Of a DNA stretch of 59,622 bases, positions 1-8,849 are shown piece by piece. Source of the DNA: Eubacteriales bacterium. Lineage in GTDB: Bacteria > Bacillota > Clostridia > Oscillospirales > RGIG5299. A program made the position numbers and the translations under genes. Numbering within the stretch: position 1 is the stretch's first letter; the number at the start of each line of letters is the position of its first letter. Location: positions 1 to 59,622 of the forward strand of contig JAZQKU010000060.1 of assembly GCA_045542315.1 (NCBI GenBank). Direction: 5' to 3'. Under the pieces are notes generated by a model. That model saw only the letters and a program-made list of their open reading frames with translations, did no database searches and was not told the DNA's origin.

Positions 1-4
1 ACTT

Positions 5-35
5 AACTTCACTGCGGCAACGCCGCAACATCACT
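5..35. repeat. Partial REP-like unit (linker-hairpin-linker) at the window edge
   Basis: AACTTCACT-GCGGC aac GCCGC-AACATCACT; same design as the array at 41187-41355. Confidence 0.5.
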
Positions 36-68
36 CCCAATGCTCCACCCCACTTTCCCGCAAACGCC

Positions 69-97
69 TTGCAATCTTCACGATTTTATGCTATAAT
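69..97 (+). promoter_or_regulatory. sigmaA-type promoter
   Basis: TTGCAA-N17-TATAAT with extended TG. Confidence 0.6.
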
Positions 98-131
98 AAT
101 CTAAAGAAATAATGCCCAAAGGAGAAAGCGT

Positions 132-518
132 ATGATTCAAAAATTGATCACAAGGAAAAATCTCATGTTGATTATTTATGCTGCCGTTTTACTTGTGTCT
201 TGGATATTAGCATTGATATTCGGTAACAGAGAAGACAAGTTGATGGTTCTTATCCTTTCTCTCATTATCCCCTTGGTTGTATATGGCTTTGTTCGTTTGA
301 TGTATAAAGTGGTACATATAAATGCTTCGCCCAAGATGATGTCTTTTTTCTACTACTTTTTCTTGGTAGGCGGATTGCTTGGAACAGTTATGATGCTTGT
401 TGAATTTATCGGTGGATTTCCCAACGGCTTATCTCCAACACTCGGTGCTTGCGGTGCTATGATTATTGCAACCCTTGACAGCGCAAAGAAAACGATTGAA
501 TTTGAAAGCAAAAAGTAA
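132..518 (+). CDS. Hypothetical membrane protein (about 4 TM)
   Basis: 128 aa, hydrophobic segments, AAGGAG RBS, own promoter. Confidence 0.75.
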   Translation: MIQKLITRKNLMLIIYAAVLLVSWILALIFGNREDKLMVLILSLIIPLVVYGFVRLMYKVVHINASPKMMSFFYYFFLVGGLLGTVMMLVEFIGGFPNGLSPTLGACGAMIIATLDSAKKTIEFESKK

Positions 519-550
519 TGTCATCTATTTCGGTCGCGTAACACAAAAAA

Positions 551-577
551 ACAAACCACCCAAACGGGTGGTTTGTT
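551..577 (+). terminator. Hairpin / probable intrinsic terminator
   Basis: ACAAACCACCC aaac GGGTGGTTTGT. Confidence 0.55.
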
Positions 578-647
578 CGTTTTTAAAAAAGAAGGATTCG
601 AACTGCGAATAGGAGCAGCTGCGAGAGAATCCTTTATAAAGCTCATC

Positions 648-677
648 AAAAACCACCCTCCTTCGAGGGTGGTTTTT
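648..677 (-). terminator. Intrinsic terminator of clpC (bidirectional)
   Basis: AAAAACCACCCTC cttc GAGGGTGGTTTTT. Confidence 0.7.
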
Positions 678-682
678 CTTAG

Positions 683-3127
683 TTATATCTCCTTAAACTC
701 ATAAACCGTCTTGCCGTTTTCCTCGGTTGCAATCATCTCGTAGCTTTTTTCCCTTGAAATCTCACGGGAGAGCAGCTTGTTTGCAATAAGGTCCTCGACC
801 TCGGTCTGTATCGCCCGACGAAGCGGTCTTGCACCGTAAAGCCTGTCAAAGCCTGCCTTGGAAACTGCGGCAACGACGCTTTCGTCAAACCTCACCGAAA
901 CGGGAAGCTCCGAAAGCCTTTCGGAAACGGAAGAAAGCATATTTCGTGCGATCGCCCTGATATTTTCCTCGTCAAGCTGCTTAAAAATTACGATTTCGTC
1001 GATCCTGTTTAAGAATTCGGGTCTGAAATCCTTTTTTAGCTCGCCCATTACCGCCGACTCTATTTTTCTTTGTGCCTCCTCAAAATCGGCGCTGCTTCCC
1101 GCAAATCCGAGGGTCTTCGGCTCGGTAATAAGCCTTGCACCTGTGTTGGAGGTCATAATTATAACGGTGTTTTTAAAATCCACCCGCCTGCCGTGGGAGT
1201 CGGTGAGAACGCCGTCGTCGAGTATCTGGAGCAGGATATTGAAGACGTCGGGGTGCGCCTTTTCTATTTCATCGAACAAAATAACGGAGTAGGGACGCCT
1301 GCGCACCCTTTCGGTAAGCTGACCGCCGTCGACGAAGCCGACGTATCCGGGCGGCGAGCCGATAAGCTTGGAAACGGCGTGCTTCTCCATATATTCCGAC
1401 ATATCTACCCTTATCATATCTCTTTCGGTGCCAAACATTGCCTCGGCAAGTGACTTTGAGAGCTCGGTCTTTCCAACGCCGGTGGGACCTAAAAAGAGAA
1501 AGGAGCCGACGGGTCTTTTTGGGTCTTTAAGCCCTATTCTTCCGCGTCTTACGGCGCGTGCGACGGCTGACACCGCCTCGTTTTGCCCTATAACTCTTTT
1601 ATGGATTATCTCCTCAAGACCCGCAAGACGCTTTTCCTCCGTTTCCTCAAGCCTTGAAACGGGAATGCCCGTCTGGGTGGAAACGGTTGCGGCAATATCG
1701 GCGGCGTCAACGCATTTGCCGCTTTCGGAAAGACGGCTCTTTTTTATTTCGTCAAGCCGCATAAGAATTTCCTTTTCCTCGTCGCGAAGCTTGGCGGCAC
1801 GCTCAAACTCCTGATTTTTAACAGCGGACTCCTTCTCGATAATAACTCTTTTTCGCTCCTTTTCAAGCTTTTCCGCCTCGGGAGACGAGACACTTTCGGA
1901 AAGTCTTACCCGTGATGCCGCCTCGTCCATAAGGTCGATTGCCTTATCGGGCAAAAATCTGTCCTGAATATATCTTGCCGAAAGCTTAACGGCCTCTTCG
2001 ATAGCGGCGTCGGTGATCTTCAGCTTGTGGTGCGCCTCGTATCTGTCGCGAAGTCCTTTCAAAATAAGCACGGCGTCCTCCTCCGAGGGCTCCGAAACGG
2101 TTACGGGCTGAAATCTTCTTTCAAGTGCCGCATCCTTTTCAACGTTTTTGCGGTATTCGTTGATGGTAGTTGCACCGATTACCTGAAGCTCGCTTCTTGC
2201 AAGAAACGGCTTTAAAATATTTGCGGCGTCAACTGCGCCCTCGGCGGCTCCCGCACCGACGATAGTGTGGAATTCATCAATAAACAGAATGATATTTCCC
2301 GATCTTTTTACCTCGTTTATAACGTTTTTGAAACGTTCCTCAAATTCACCGCGGTATTTTGCGCCCGCAAGCATTGAGGCTATGTCAAGAGTAAATACCT
2401 TTTTATCCTTCAGAACGTCGGGGACGTTTCCGTTTATGATCTCGGTCGCCAGAAGCTCCGCGATAGCGGTCTTTCCAACACCCGGCTCACCTATAAGGCA
2501 GGGATTGTTTTTGGTGCGGCGCGAAAGTATCTGTATGACCCTTTCAAGCTCCTTGTCCCTTCCGATAACGGGGTCAAGCTTTCCCGATCTTGCAAGACGG
2601 GTGAGGTCTCTTCCGTATTTTTCAAGGCTGTCTCCGCCCTTTTGCGAGGGCTTTCCGGAGTAGCTTCCTCCCTTGGGAACGGGATCGGTTTCAAGCCCCA
2701 TTGCATCGTAAAGCGCATCTGTAAGGGCGTCGGCATCTACGTTTAATTTAAGAAGTATCTCATACGCCTTCGAATCCTCGTCGGAAAGAAGGGCAAGCAG
2801 CAGATGCTCGGTGCCGATATAGCCCGAATCGAGCCTTGCCGACACTGCGGCTGCTCCCTCGATTATCTTTTTTGCTCTCGGGGTGAGGTCGTGAGCCGAA
2901 ACCGAGGTGGGAATGCCGGTGCCGATGATATCGCACACGACCTCAAGCACCTCTGAAACGGTGACGTTTGCCTCCTTCAGGGTGGCGTAGGCAAGCCCAC
3001 CCTCAATGCGAAGAAGTCCGAGTAAAATATGTTCACTTCCAACGTAGCCGTGCCCAAGCTCCTTTGCGGTCTCAACAGCGGACTGCAAAACAGAGGCGGC
3101 CTTTTCGGTAAAGCTGTTTTCATACAT
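683..3127 (-). CDS. clpC: ATP-dependent Clp protease ATP-binding subunit ClpC
   Basis: Two Clp-N repeats (GSEHILLGL, GTEHLLLAL), Walker A GEPGVGKT and GPTGVGKT, UVR-like middle domain, GYVG pore loop, GARPLRR; start moved to ATG 3127 by RBS. Confidence 0.95.
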   Translation of the reverse strand: MYENSFTEKAASVLQSAVETAKELGHGYVGSEHILLGLLRIEGGLAYATLKEANVTVSEVLEVVCDIIGTGIPTSVSAHDLTPRAKKIIEGAAAVSARLDSGYIGTEHLLLALLSDEDSKAYEILLKLNVDADALTDALYDAMGLETDPVPKGGSYSGKPSQKGGDSLEKYGRDLTRLARSGKLDPVIGRDKELERVIQILSRRTKNNPCLIGEPGVGKTAIAELLATEIINGNVPDVLKDKKVFTLDIASMLAGAKYRGEFEERFKNVINEVKRSGNIILFIDEFHTIVGAGAAEGAVDAANILKPFLARSELQVIGATTINEYRKNVEKDAALERRFQPVTVSEPSEEDAVLILKGLRDRYEAHHKLKITDAAIEEAVKLSARYIQDRFLPDKAIDLMDEAASRVRLSESVSSPEAEKLEKERKRVIIEKESAVKNQEFERAAKLRDEEKEILMRLDEIKKSRLSESGKCVDAADIAATVSTQTGIPVSRLEETEEKRLAGLEEIIHKRVIGQNEAVSAVARAVRRGRIGLKDPKRPVGSFLFLGPTGVGKTELSKSLAEAMFGTERDMIRVDMSEYMEKHAVSKLIGSPPGYVGFVDGGQLTERVRRRPYSVILFDEIEKAHPDVFNILLQILDDGVLTDSHGRRVDFKNTVIIMTSNTGARLITEPKTLGFAGSSADFEEAQRKIESAVMGELKKDFRPEFLNRIDEIVIFKQLDEENIRAIARNMLSSVSERLSELPVSVRFDESVVAAVSKAGFDRLYGARPLRRAIQTEVEDLIANKLLSREISREKSYEMIATEENGKTVYEFKEI

Positions 3128-3220
3128 AAAAATCATTCCTTTCCTAAAAATCAAGGGATTGCCTCGCAATCCCTTTTTGCAATATAATTATAGACAAAAC
3201 CCAAAGAAAATATTAACCGC

Positions 3221-3673
3221 TTAAGCCGATTTCTCGGAAAACGCCTTTATTTTATCGCGAATGACGGCGGCGTCCTCGTATCTTTCCTCGGAAATTGCCC
3301 TTTTAAGCTGCTTTTTAAGGATCTGCAGTTCGTTTTTGGGTAATACCTTTTCTTCTTTTTTCTCTGTCTTTTCTGCCTTTGAATCCTTCTTTTCGGAGTC
3401 GGTTATGAAAAGGGGAGTGAAAGCTCTTTCGGAGAAAAAGCTTTTGTCAAAGGAATTCATAAGGGAAAAAGCGTCATCGAAAAAGCTTCTTTCGAAGGCC
3501 TCGAAGGGAGAAAAAAAGCTTTTTCCGAAAAATCCCGAAAGCTCGGGTATCCTTACCTTGACGCCGAGCTTTTCGGCGCATTCATTACACAAATAAGCCT
3601 CGGCCTTTTTGCCGTTTACCGTTTCACTGTAAAAAACGTTGGCTTCATTTTTCTTACAACAGTTGCATTTCAT
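3221..3673 (-). CDS. mcsA: McsA-like protein (N-terminal Cys motifs, C-terminal UVR domain), shortened
   Basis: CNCC and CNEC motifs; LKRAISEERYEDAAVIRDKIK; lies between ctsR and clpC. Confidence 0.8.
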   Translation of the reverse strand: MKCNCCKKNEANVFYSETVNGKKAEAYLCNECAEKLGVKVRIPELSGFFGKSFFSPFEAFERSFFDDAFSLMNSFDKSFFSERAFTPLFITDSEKKDSKAEKTEKKEEKVLPKNELQILKKQLKRAISEERYEDAAVIRDKIKAFSEKSA

Positions 3674-3689
3674 AATAAATTATCCTTTC

Positions 3690-4148
3690 TTATCTTTTTG
3701 AATTTAAAAGAGCGGCAAGCATATTTTTGAATATTCTTGCGCGGAGTCTGTCTTTGTCGGGGTTTATTATTCCCGCAAGCGAGCTTTCGGAAACGGCAGA
3801 GGCAATTATCGCCGCCTCCGACTCGGTAATATAACCCGAGGAGAGCATATTGGAAAGAAAGATCCTCAAAGTATTACCGTCTATTGAAGAGCCCACGGAA
3901 TTTATAATGTGCATAAGAGCTTCGCCCTTCGTCATAGAAACGCGCCTTATCATAATGTAACCGCCGCCTCCTCGCACGCTTTCAACAAGGTAGCCCTGCT
4001 CCGGAGTGAAACGGGAGGAAACCACGTAGTTTATCTGGCTCGGCACGACGTTAAAGCGGCTTGCAAGTTCGTTTCTTCGGAATTTAACGCCCTCTTCCTC
4101 GTCGGCAAGCTCCTTTAAAAATTCATAAATGATATCACTTGAACGCAT
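3690..4148 (-). CDS. ctsR: Class III heat-shock repressor CtsR
   Basis: RNELASRFNVVPSQINYVVSSRFT and ESVRGGGGYI tetraglycine loop. Confidence 0.95.
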   Translation of the reverse strand: MRSSDIIYEFLKELADEEEGVKFRRNELASRFNVVPSQINYVVSSRFTPEQGYLVESVRGGGGYIMIRRVSMTKGEALMHIINSVGSSIDGNTLRIFLSNMLSSGYITESEAAIIASAVSESSLAGIINPDKDRLRARIFKNMLAALLNSKR

Positions 4149-4174
4149 AAGCAACCTCTTTCACATCATGTTGT

Positions 4175-4197
4175 TTTGACTTTGACTATCTTTGACC
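4175..4197 (-). promoter_or_regulatory. CtsR operator downstream of the -10
   Basis: Minus strand GGTCAAA-GAT-AGTCAAA plus an extra GTCAAA; matches the CtsR heptad repeat RGTCAAA-NAN-RGTCAAA. Confidence 0.9.
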
Positions 4198-4208
4198 TTT
4201 ACAACCAT

Positions 4209-4237
4209 ATTATACGCCGTCTCTCAAAAAATATCAA
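4209..4237 (-). promoter_or_regulatory. sigmaA promoter of the ctsR operon
   Basis: TTGATA-N17-TATAAT on the minus strand. Confidence 0.75.
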
Positions 4238-4254
4238 GGTCAAAGAAGGTCAAA
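4238..4254 (+). promoter_or_regulatory. Second CtsR operator, opposite orientation, abutting the -35
   Basis: GGTCAAA-GAA-GGTCAAA. Confidence 0.85.
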
Positions 4255-4336
4255 AAACAATAAGAGATTTTGAAATATCTCTCAAAATCTCTTAAAATCT
4301 CATTTATTCAAAGTTTTTCTGACTTTTTTGAAAAAT

Positions 4337-4364
4337 AAAAACGGCGGTAAAAACCGCCGTTTTT
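4337..4364 (-). terminator. Intrinsic terminator
   Basis: AAAAACGGCGGT aaaa ACCGCCGTTTTT. Confidence 0.7.
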
Positions 4365-4373
4365 AAATTATAT

Positions 4374-7300
4374 TCAGTCAAAGAATTTGATCTTAACAGG
4401 AGCGAGAATGCCGTTTACCGTCTTCTGTCTCATAAGGTTTCCGTAGGGCGAGGTGGTTTCAATAACAAGCTCGTTTACGCCGTCCTTAAGACCGATAAGC
4501 TCTGCAACGCCGGGCTTCCAAAGTCTTTTTGCAATCTCCTTGCCGTTTAAGTAAACGGTGAAGGCGTCGTCGGTCTCAACCGAAACGAATGCCTTTTTGC
4601 AGGGAAGCGCTTCGAAGGTGTAGCTGTAGCGGGCATCGCCGGTGCAGTATTTAAGACCCTGAACAGAGAAATCTCCGTAGGTTATCTTTTCAGCCTCGAA
4701 GGGAATAAGCTCGTCGTTTTCGCCGAGAGCGAAATCACCGAAGATCATAGTGTTGGGAATGGTGTGGAAGGCGTTGTAATCGGGAATTACGCATTCGAGA
4801 ATAAGCTCGTTTTCTCCCTCCTTGACGTAATCGGAGATGTCAAGCAGGCAGTTTTCGGGGCCCCAAAGCCTGTAATTTTCCTTAAGCTTAAGCTTTTTGC
4901 CGTTAAGAGTTGCCTTTTTAATGCACTCAAGCTCGGTGAAAAGCTCTATTCTGCCCTTGTAGCCGTTTAAGGTGAAGGTCGATCTTGCGGCGTATTTGTC
5001 GCCGCAGCAGATAAAGTCGCGTCCCTCGAACATTGTGAAGTTAACGGCCTTCTTGTAGCCGAAATCGTTTTTCTTGAATTTGTATTCAAAGGGACAGATA
5101 AATACGTTATTATCTGCCTTGAAGTCAAAGCTTTCAAGAGAGATCTCACGGTCTGCCGCCTTATCATAAACGTTCCAGAGGTCTGCTCCGTTATCGGTGG
5201 TAACCGCATTGATAGCGCCGTTTTTCTCGGAAATTACCATAACAAGCTCAAAGTTGTTAAGGACAAGCTCGGCGCGGCCGCCGTTTACGGTAAAGGGACG
5301 GTCCTCCTTGGTAAGAGGCGAGATGATTCTCATTTCGGGCAAGAGGTCAAAGGAGACCTTGACCGACTTATCGTCATCGTTGTCGATAAACAAAACGGTG
5401 GTATCATCGTTTTCGCGAAGCGCGGTATAGACCTTGCCGTCTTCGGCCTTGAAGTTGAGAACGTTGTGGTCGCCTACAAGCGCCTTAAGCTCTGAAACGA
5501 GGTCGGAAACGGTTGCGCCCTCCTTGATGATCTCGTAGATATCCTTGCCCTCGTATTTGTAAAGCTCCGCACCCTCGGCGTTTGAGCCTTGCTTAACGAG
5601 CTTTGCGGCATCGGGAAGCGCCTTTTTGCAGTCAATTTTATTCTCAAGGAAGCCGTTTATGAATATCTGCAAAACGTCGGTGTCGTAAAGCATATTTGCA
5701 AAGTCGGCGATCTTTTCGTCGTAGTTTTTAACCGCGGGGAAGATAACGGTATCGTATTCGTATTTCCCTATAACCGCCTTGCCGTCAGCCTTTTTGAAAT
5801 CCTTTAACATAAACTCGGAGATGATATCAAACTCAACGTGAAGCTCCAAAAGGGCGTTGACGAGATTCTCATAGAGAATATCGGTACGGTTTGCCTCGGT
5901 GTCTGCGCTGGTGGGGAAGTGGGCAAGGTCGATGCCCTGCTTTATGTGGGTAAGAGGCGCGATAACGGCAACCTTGCCTGCGGGGTGGGTTTTTGCCGAA
6001 ACGTACTGCGCCGCTCCGATATAGTCGGAGAATATCTTGTAGTATTTTGCCAAGGGGTTATTGTAGCTGTGCGAGGGCGGATAACCCATCGGCTGCTCCT
6101 TGCGGTTGCCGTTTAACGAGTAGTAGGCGCCCATATACTGAATGAAGTTGCCTCCCATCGTTATAATACGGTTTGCAATTCTCTTAAGAAGATCAAAGTG
6201 GGTGTCCCAGCCGCTGCAGGTGTATGCCTCGCAAAGGATTCTGTCGCGCTCGCAAAGCTTTGCAACGGAGGAGACCATCTTTCCGGCGTTGTTGAAGTTT
6301 GTGTCGTTTATTTTGACAGAGGAGGCTATCGAGTCCATGCCGGGACGGTGCAAAAGGGTAAGCGCCTTTTGCATATCGCCGGTTTCCATAAGCGACCACT
6401 GAAGATGCTCCTCACCGCCGAAGTGGCCGGTGAACATAAGGTTGTTTTCAACGCACCAGTCGCTCATCTGCTTGATGAAGTTTTCAAGATAAAGGTCGGT
6501 AACGAGATTCCAGAAATCGTTTCTTACCTTTCTGTGCTCCTCGGTAACGGGCGGGAAATAGAGCCAGTTTATCTGCGCTCCGAGATCGTAGCCGTATCTC
6601 TTTTTGAATTCCTTTTCGGTGCAATCGTTGAATACCACCGCTCCCGATTTTATGATATCGCCGACGGCGCACATTGTGGTCTCGTCGGTAAATACGCCTC
6701 TTACGGTGGTGCCGAATTCCTTGCCGATGTATTTCTTATAGCGCTCGTGGGTAAGCTCAATATATTTTCTTACCGCCTTGGGGTTGAAGGTATCGATATA
6801 TCCGGGCACCTCGTGAAGACCGTTTGCCCAGTGAGCCGATGCGAGAAGGGTATCCTGATATTCTATGAAATAGAAGTCAAGCACGGTGACGTTTATGGAT
6901 TTGTTAAGATAGGTCGCCTTGGTGGTAATACCGTCGGTCTCAACCTTGATCTCCTTGGTAACGTCAACGAAATGAACGCTTCCGTCATCGATATTCTCAA
7001 CGAAAGCCTTGTAGAAAACACCGTTTGCAACGTGAGAGACGGGCTGAGTTGAGCCTACCGCAAGCTGATAGCGTCTTAATATCTTTCCTCTGGCCCAGGG
7101 GTATCTCTCAAGGAGCTTGCCGCCTGCGGTGCCGGAGGGCCAGTTATATTCGTCGTAGATCCAGAACTTCATTCCGAGCTTTTTGGTAACCTCAATAGCA
7201 AAAGCTATAAGCTCCATAAACTCGTCCTCAAGGTAATCGTCGCGAAGACCGAACATGGGATGGATGAAGTATTCGTAAATACCCATTTTTTTGAACTCGC

Positions 7301-7412
7301 CGAGCTGGAATTCGATTTCCTTTTTCGTGGTAATGTCCATCCAATACCACATAACGACGGGATTATATTCGTCGCCCATAAGCTTGAAATCATAGATAAC
7401 GTTGTTGCTCAT
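4374..7412 (-). CDS. Glycoside hydrolase, GH106 (alpha-L-rhamnosidase)-like
   Basis: PVVMWYW, FWIYDEYNWPSGTAGG, YIELTHERYK, GVFTDE, LCEAY motifs; C-terminal beta-sandwich region. Confidence 0.75.
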   Translation of the reverse strand: MSNNVIYDFKLMGDEYNPVVMWYWMDITTKKEIEFQLGEFKKMGIYEYFIHPMFGLRDDYLEDEFMELIAFAIEVTKKLGMKFWIYDEYNWPSGTAGGKLLERYPWARGKILRRYQLAVGSTQPVSHVANGVFYKAFVENIDDGSVHFVDVTKEIKVETDGITTKATYLNKSINVTVLDFYFIEYQDTLLASAHWANGLHEVPGYIDTFNPKAVRKYIELTHERYKKYIGKEFGTTVRGVFTDETTMCAVGDIIKSGAVVFNDCTEKEFKKRYGYDLGAQINWLYFPPVTEEHRKVRNDFWNLVTDLYLENFIKQMSDWCVENNLMFTGHFGGEEHLQWSLMETGDMQKALTLLHRPGMDSIASSVKINDTNFNNAGKMVSSVAKLCERDRILCEAYTCSGWDTHFDLLKRIANRIITMGGNFIQYMGAYYSLNGNRKEQPMGYPPSHSYNNPLAKYYKIFSDYIGAAQYVSAKTHPAGKVAVIAPLTHIKQGIDLAHFPTSADTEANRTDILYENLVNALLELHVEFDIISEFMLKDFKKADGKAVIGKYEYDTVIFPAVKNYDEKIADFANMLYDTDVLQIFINGFLENKIDCKKALPDAAKLVKQGSNAEGAELYKYEGKDIYEIIKEGATVSDLVSELKALVGDHNVLNFKAEDGKVYTALRENDDTTVLFIDNDDDKSVKVSFDLLPEMRIISPLTKEDRPFTVNGGRAELVLNNFELVMVISEKNGAINAVTTDNGADLWNVYDKAADREISLESFDFKADNNVFICPFEYKFKKNDFGYKKAVNFTMFEGRDFICCGDKYAARSTFTLNGYKGRIELFTELECIKKATLNGKKLKLKENYRLWGPENCLLDISDYVKEGENELILECVIPDYNAFHTIPNTMIFGDFALGENDELIPFEAEKITYGDFSVQGLKYCTGDARYSYTFEALPCKKAFVSVETDDAFTVYLNGKEIAKRLWKPGVAELIGLKDGVNELVIETTSPYGNLMRQKTVNGILAPVKIKFFD

Positions 7413-7623
7413 TTGTTCATCCGCCTTTTTATAGGGATTTTTTTAAATTATACACTATTTAATTTATAAAAGCAATAACAAAACGGAAAAAACAATGTCA
7501 AAAAATTGCTGACATTTATTGTTTTGAAAAAATATAGAACAATTATCGGAAAAACGGTTGGCAAAAGGCATAAAAGATGATATAATCTATTAGTATTAAA
7601 AAAACGAAAGGAAAACGTGATAT

Positions 7624-8457
7624 ATGAACAAGAAAAACGTATTTCTTTGGATAGTCTGGATACTTGAAGGAATGATAGTCGGCATCGGCGCAATACTTCC
7701 GGGAGTAAGCGGCGGAACGCTTTGCTATGCCTTCGGAATGTATAATCCTCTTCTCGAGGTGCTTTCAAACCCCTTTAAGAACCTTAAAAAATACTGGTTT
7801 ATGCTTGCGTTTTTCGTAATAGGAGCCGGTATCGGATTCGTAGCCTTCGCAGGCGTCACCAACTGGCTTTTGAATACCTTTGAAAGCGCGGTGCTCTGCG
7901 CCTTCGTGGGTCTTATCATCGGCACGGTGCCCGACCTGTGGAAGGAAGCGGGCGAGCAGGGAAGGACCAAGGGCTCGATAGCTGCAATGGTAATAAGCTT
8001 CCTTGCAATTTCGGCGGTTTTCTATATCTTCAAAAACGTCTGGCAGCTCACCATCGCTCCTACCTTTATCGGTTACCTTATCTGCGGTATCGTATGGGGA
8101 CTCAGCTTCATCGTGCCGGGCTTTTCTTCATCTACACTCCTTCTCTTCTTCGGAATCTACGAGCCTATGTCGGAAGGTATCTCAAAGCTCGATTTTTCAG
8201 TCATCGTTCCCATCGGAATCGCAATGGTAATATGCTTCCTTCTCCTCTCCAAGGTGATGAAGCTTATATTCGATAAATACCATAACATCGCATCTCATTC
8301 TATCCTCGGCTTTGTTATTGCAACCACGATAATGGTAATTCCTTTTGACAAATTCCTCGATTCGTGGCTTGTAAACTCCGTTTGCATAATCGGCGGTATA
8401 ATCGCGGCGCTCGGCTTTACCGCTCTCTGCGGCTTTCTCAAGAAAAAAGCAGAGTAA
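7624..8457 (+). CDS. DUF368-family membrane protein
   Basis: ILPGVSGGT and IVPGFSSS repeat motifs, multi-TM. Confidence 0.8.
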   Translation: MNKKNVFLWIVWILEGMIVGIGAILPGVSGGTLCYAFGMYNPLLEVLSNPFKNLKKYWFMLAFFVIGAGIGFVAFAGVTNWLLNTFESAVLCAFVGLIIGTVPDLWKEAGEQGRTKGSIAAMVISFLAISAVFYIFKNVWQLTIAPTFIGYLICGIVWGLSFIVPGFSSSTLLLFFGIYEPMSEGISKLDFSVIVPIGIAMVICFLLLSKVMKLIFDKYHNIASHSILGFVIATTIMVIPFDKFLDSWLVNSVCIIGGIIAALGFTALCGFLKKKAE

Positions 8458-8460
8458 ATA

Positions 8461-8489
8461 TTGACAATATTATAATAATATGTTAAAAT
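8461..8489 (+). promoter_or_regulatory. sigmaA promoter
   Basis: TTGACA-N17-TAAAAT with extended TG. Confidence 0.8.
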
Positions 8490-8500
8490 AGCTTCGTCAA

Positions 8501-8594
8501 ATATGGGGGAGTAGCAAGCGAAACCATCGTAGCACGTCCAACACCACTGCTCTTTTAAAGAGTCTGGACCTGCTTTAAATTGCAAGACTCATGT
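8501..8594 (+). ncRNA. yybP-ykoY (Mn2+) riboswitch, copy 1
   Basis: GGGGAGTAGC...GTCCAACACC...CTGGAC...GCAAGACTC pattern, followed by a terminator. Confidence 0.8.
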
Positions 8595-8628
8595 GCTTAC
8601 ATGGGGCTTGTTTAACAGTAAAAAAACG

Positions 8629-8660
8629 GTCCCGAGAAGTCTGTCTTCTTGGGACTTTTT
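8629..8660 (+). terminator. Riboswitch expression-platform terminator
   Basis: GTCCCGAGAAG tctgt CTTCTTGGGAC TTTTT. Confidence 0.75.
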
Positions 8661-8697
8661 GTTAAAAAACAGCCAAGCCTCAAGGAAAGGAATCTGT

Positions 8698-8839
8698 ATG
8701 ACTGTTTTTGACGTGTTATCCCTTATCGGCGGCCTTTGCCTTTTCCTCTTCGGAATGAGCATTATGGGCGAGGCGCTTGAGCGACGAATTCAAGAAAAAA
8801 TACACGGCTTATGCCGAAAAATATAAAATAGAAAGATAA
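8698..8839 (+). pseudogene. Internally deleted Na/Pi cotransporter gene remnant
   Basis: MTVFDVLSLIGGLCLFLFGMSIMGEALE resembles the N-terminus of 14696-16450; a shifted frame reads SDEFKKKYTAYAEKYKIER*, resembling its C-terminus. Confidence 0.7.
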
Positions 8840-8849
8840 GTGAAGAAGA

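Noticed and set aside
591..634. tRNA gene
   Set aside because: Only a T-arm-like decamer; no acceptor, D or anticodon arms can be built.
8593..8697. Upstream GTG start of the 77-aa ORF
   Set aside because: Overlaps the riboswitch terminator; the RBS supports ATG 8698.
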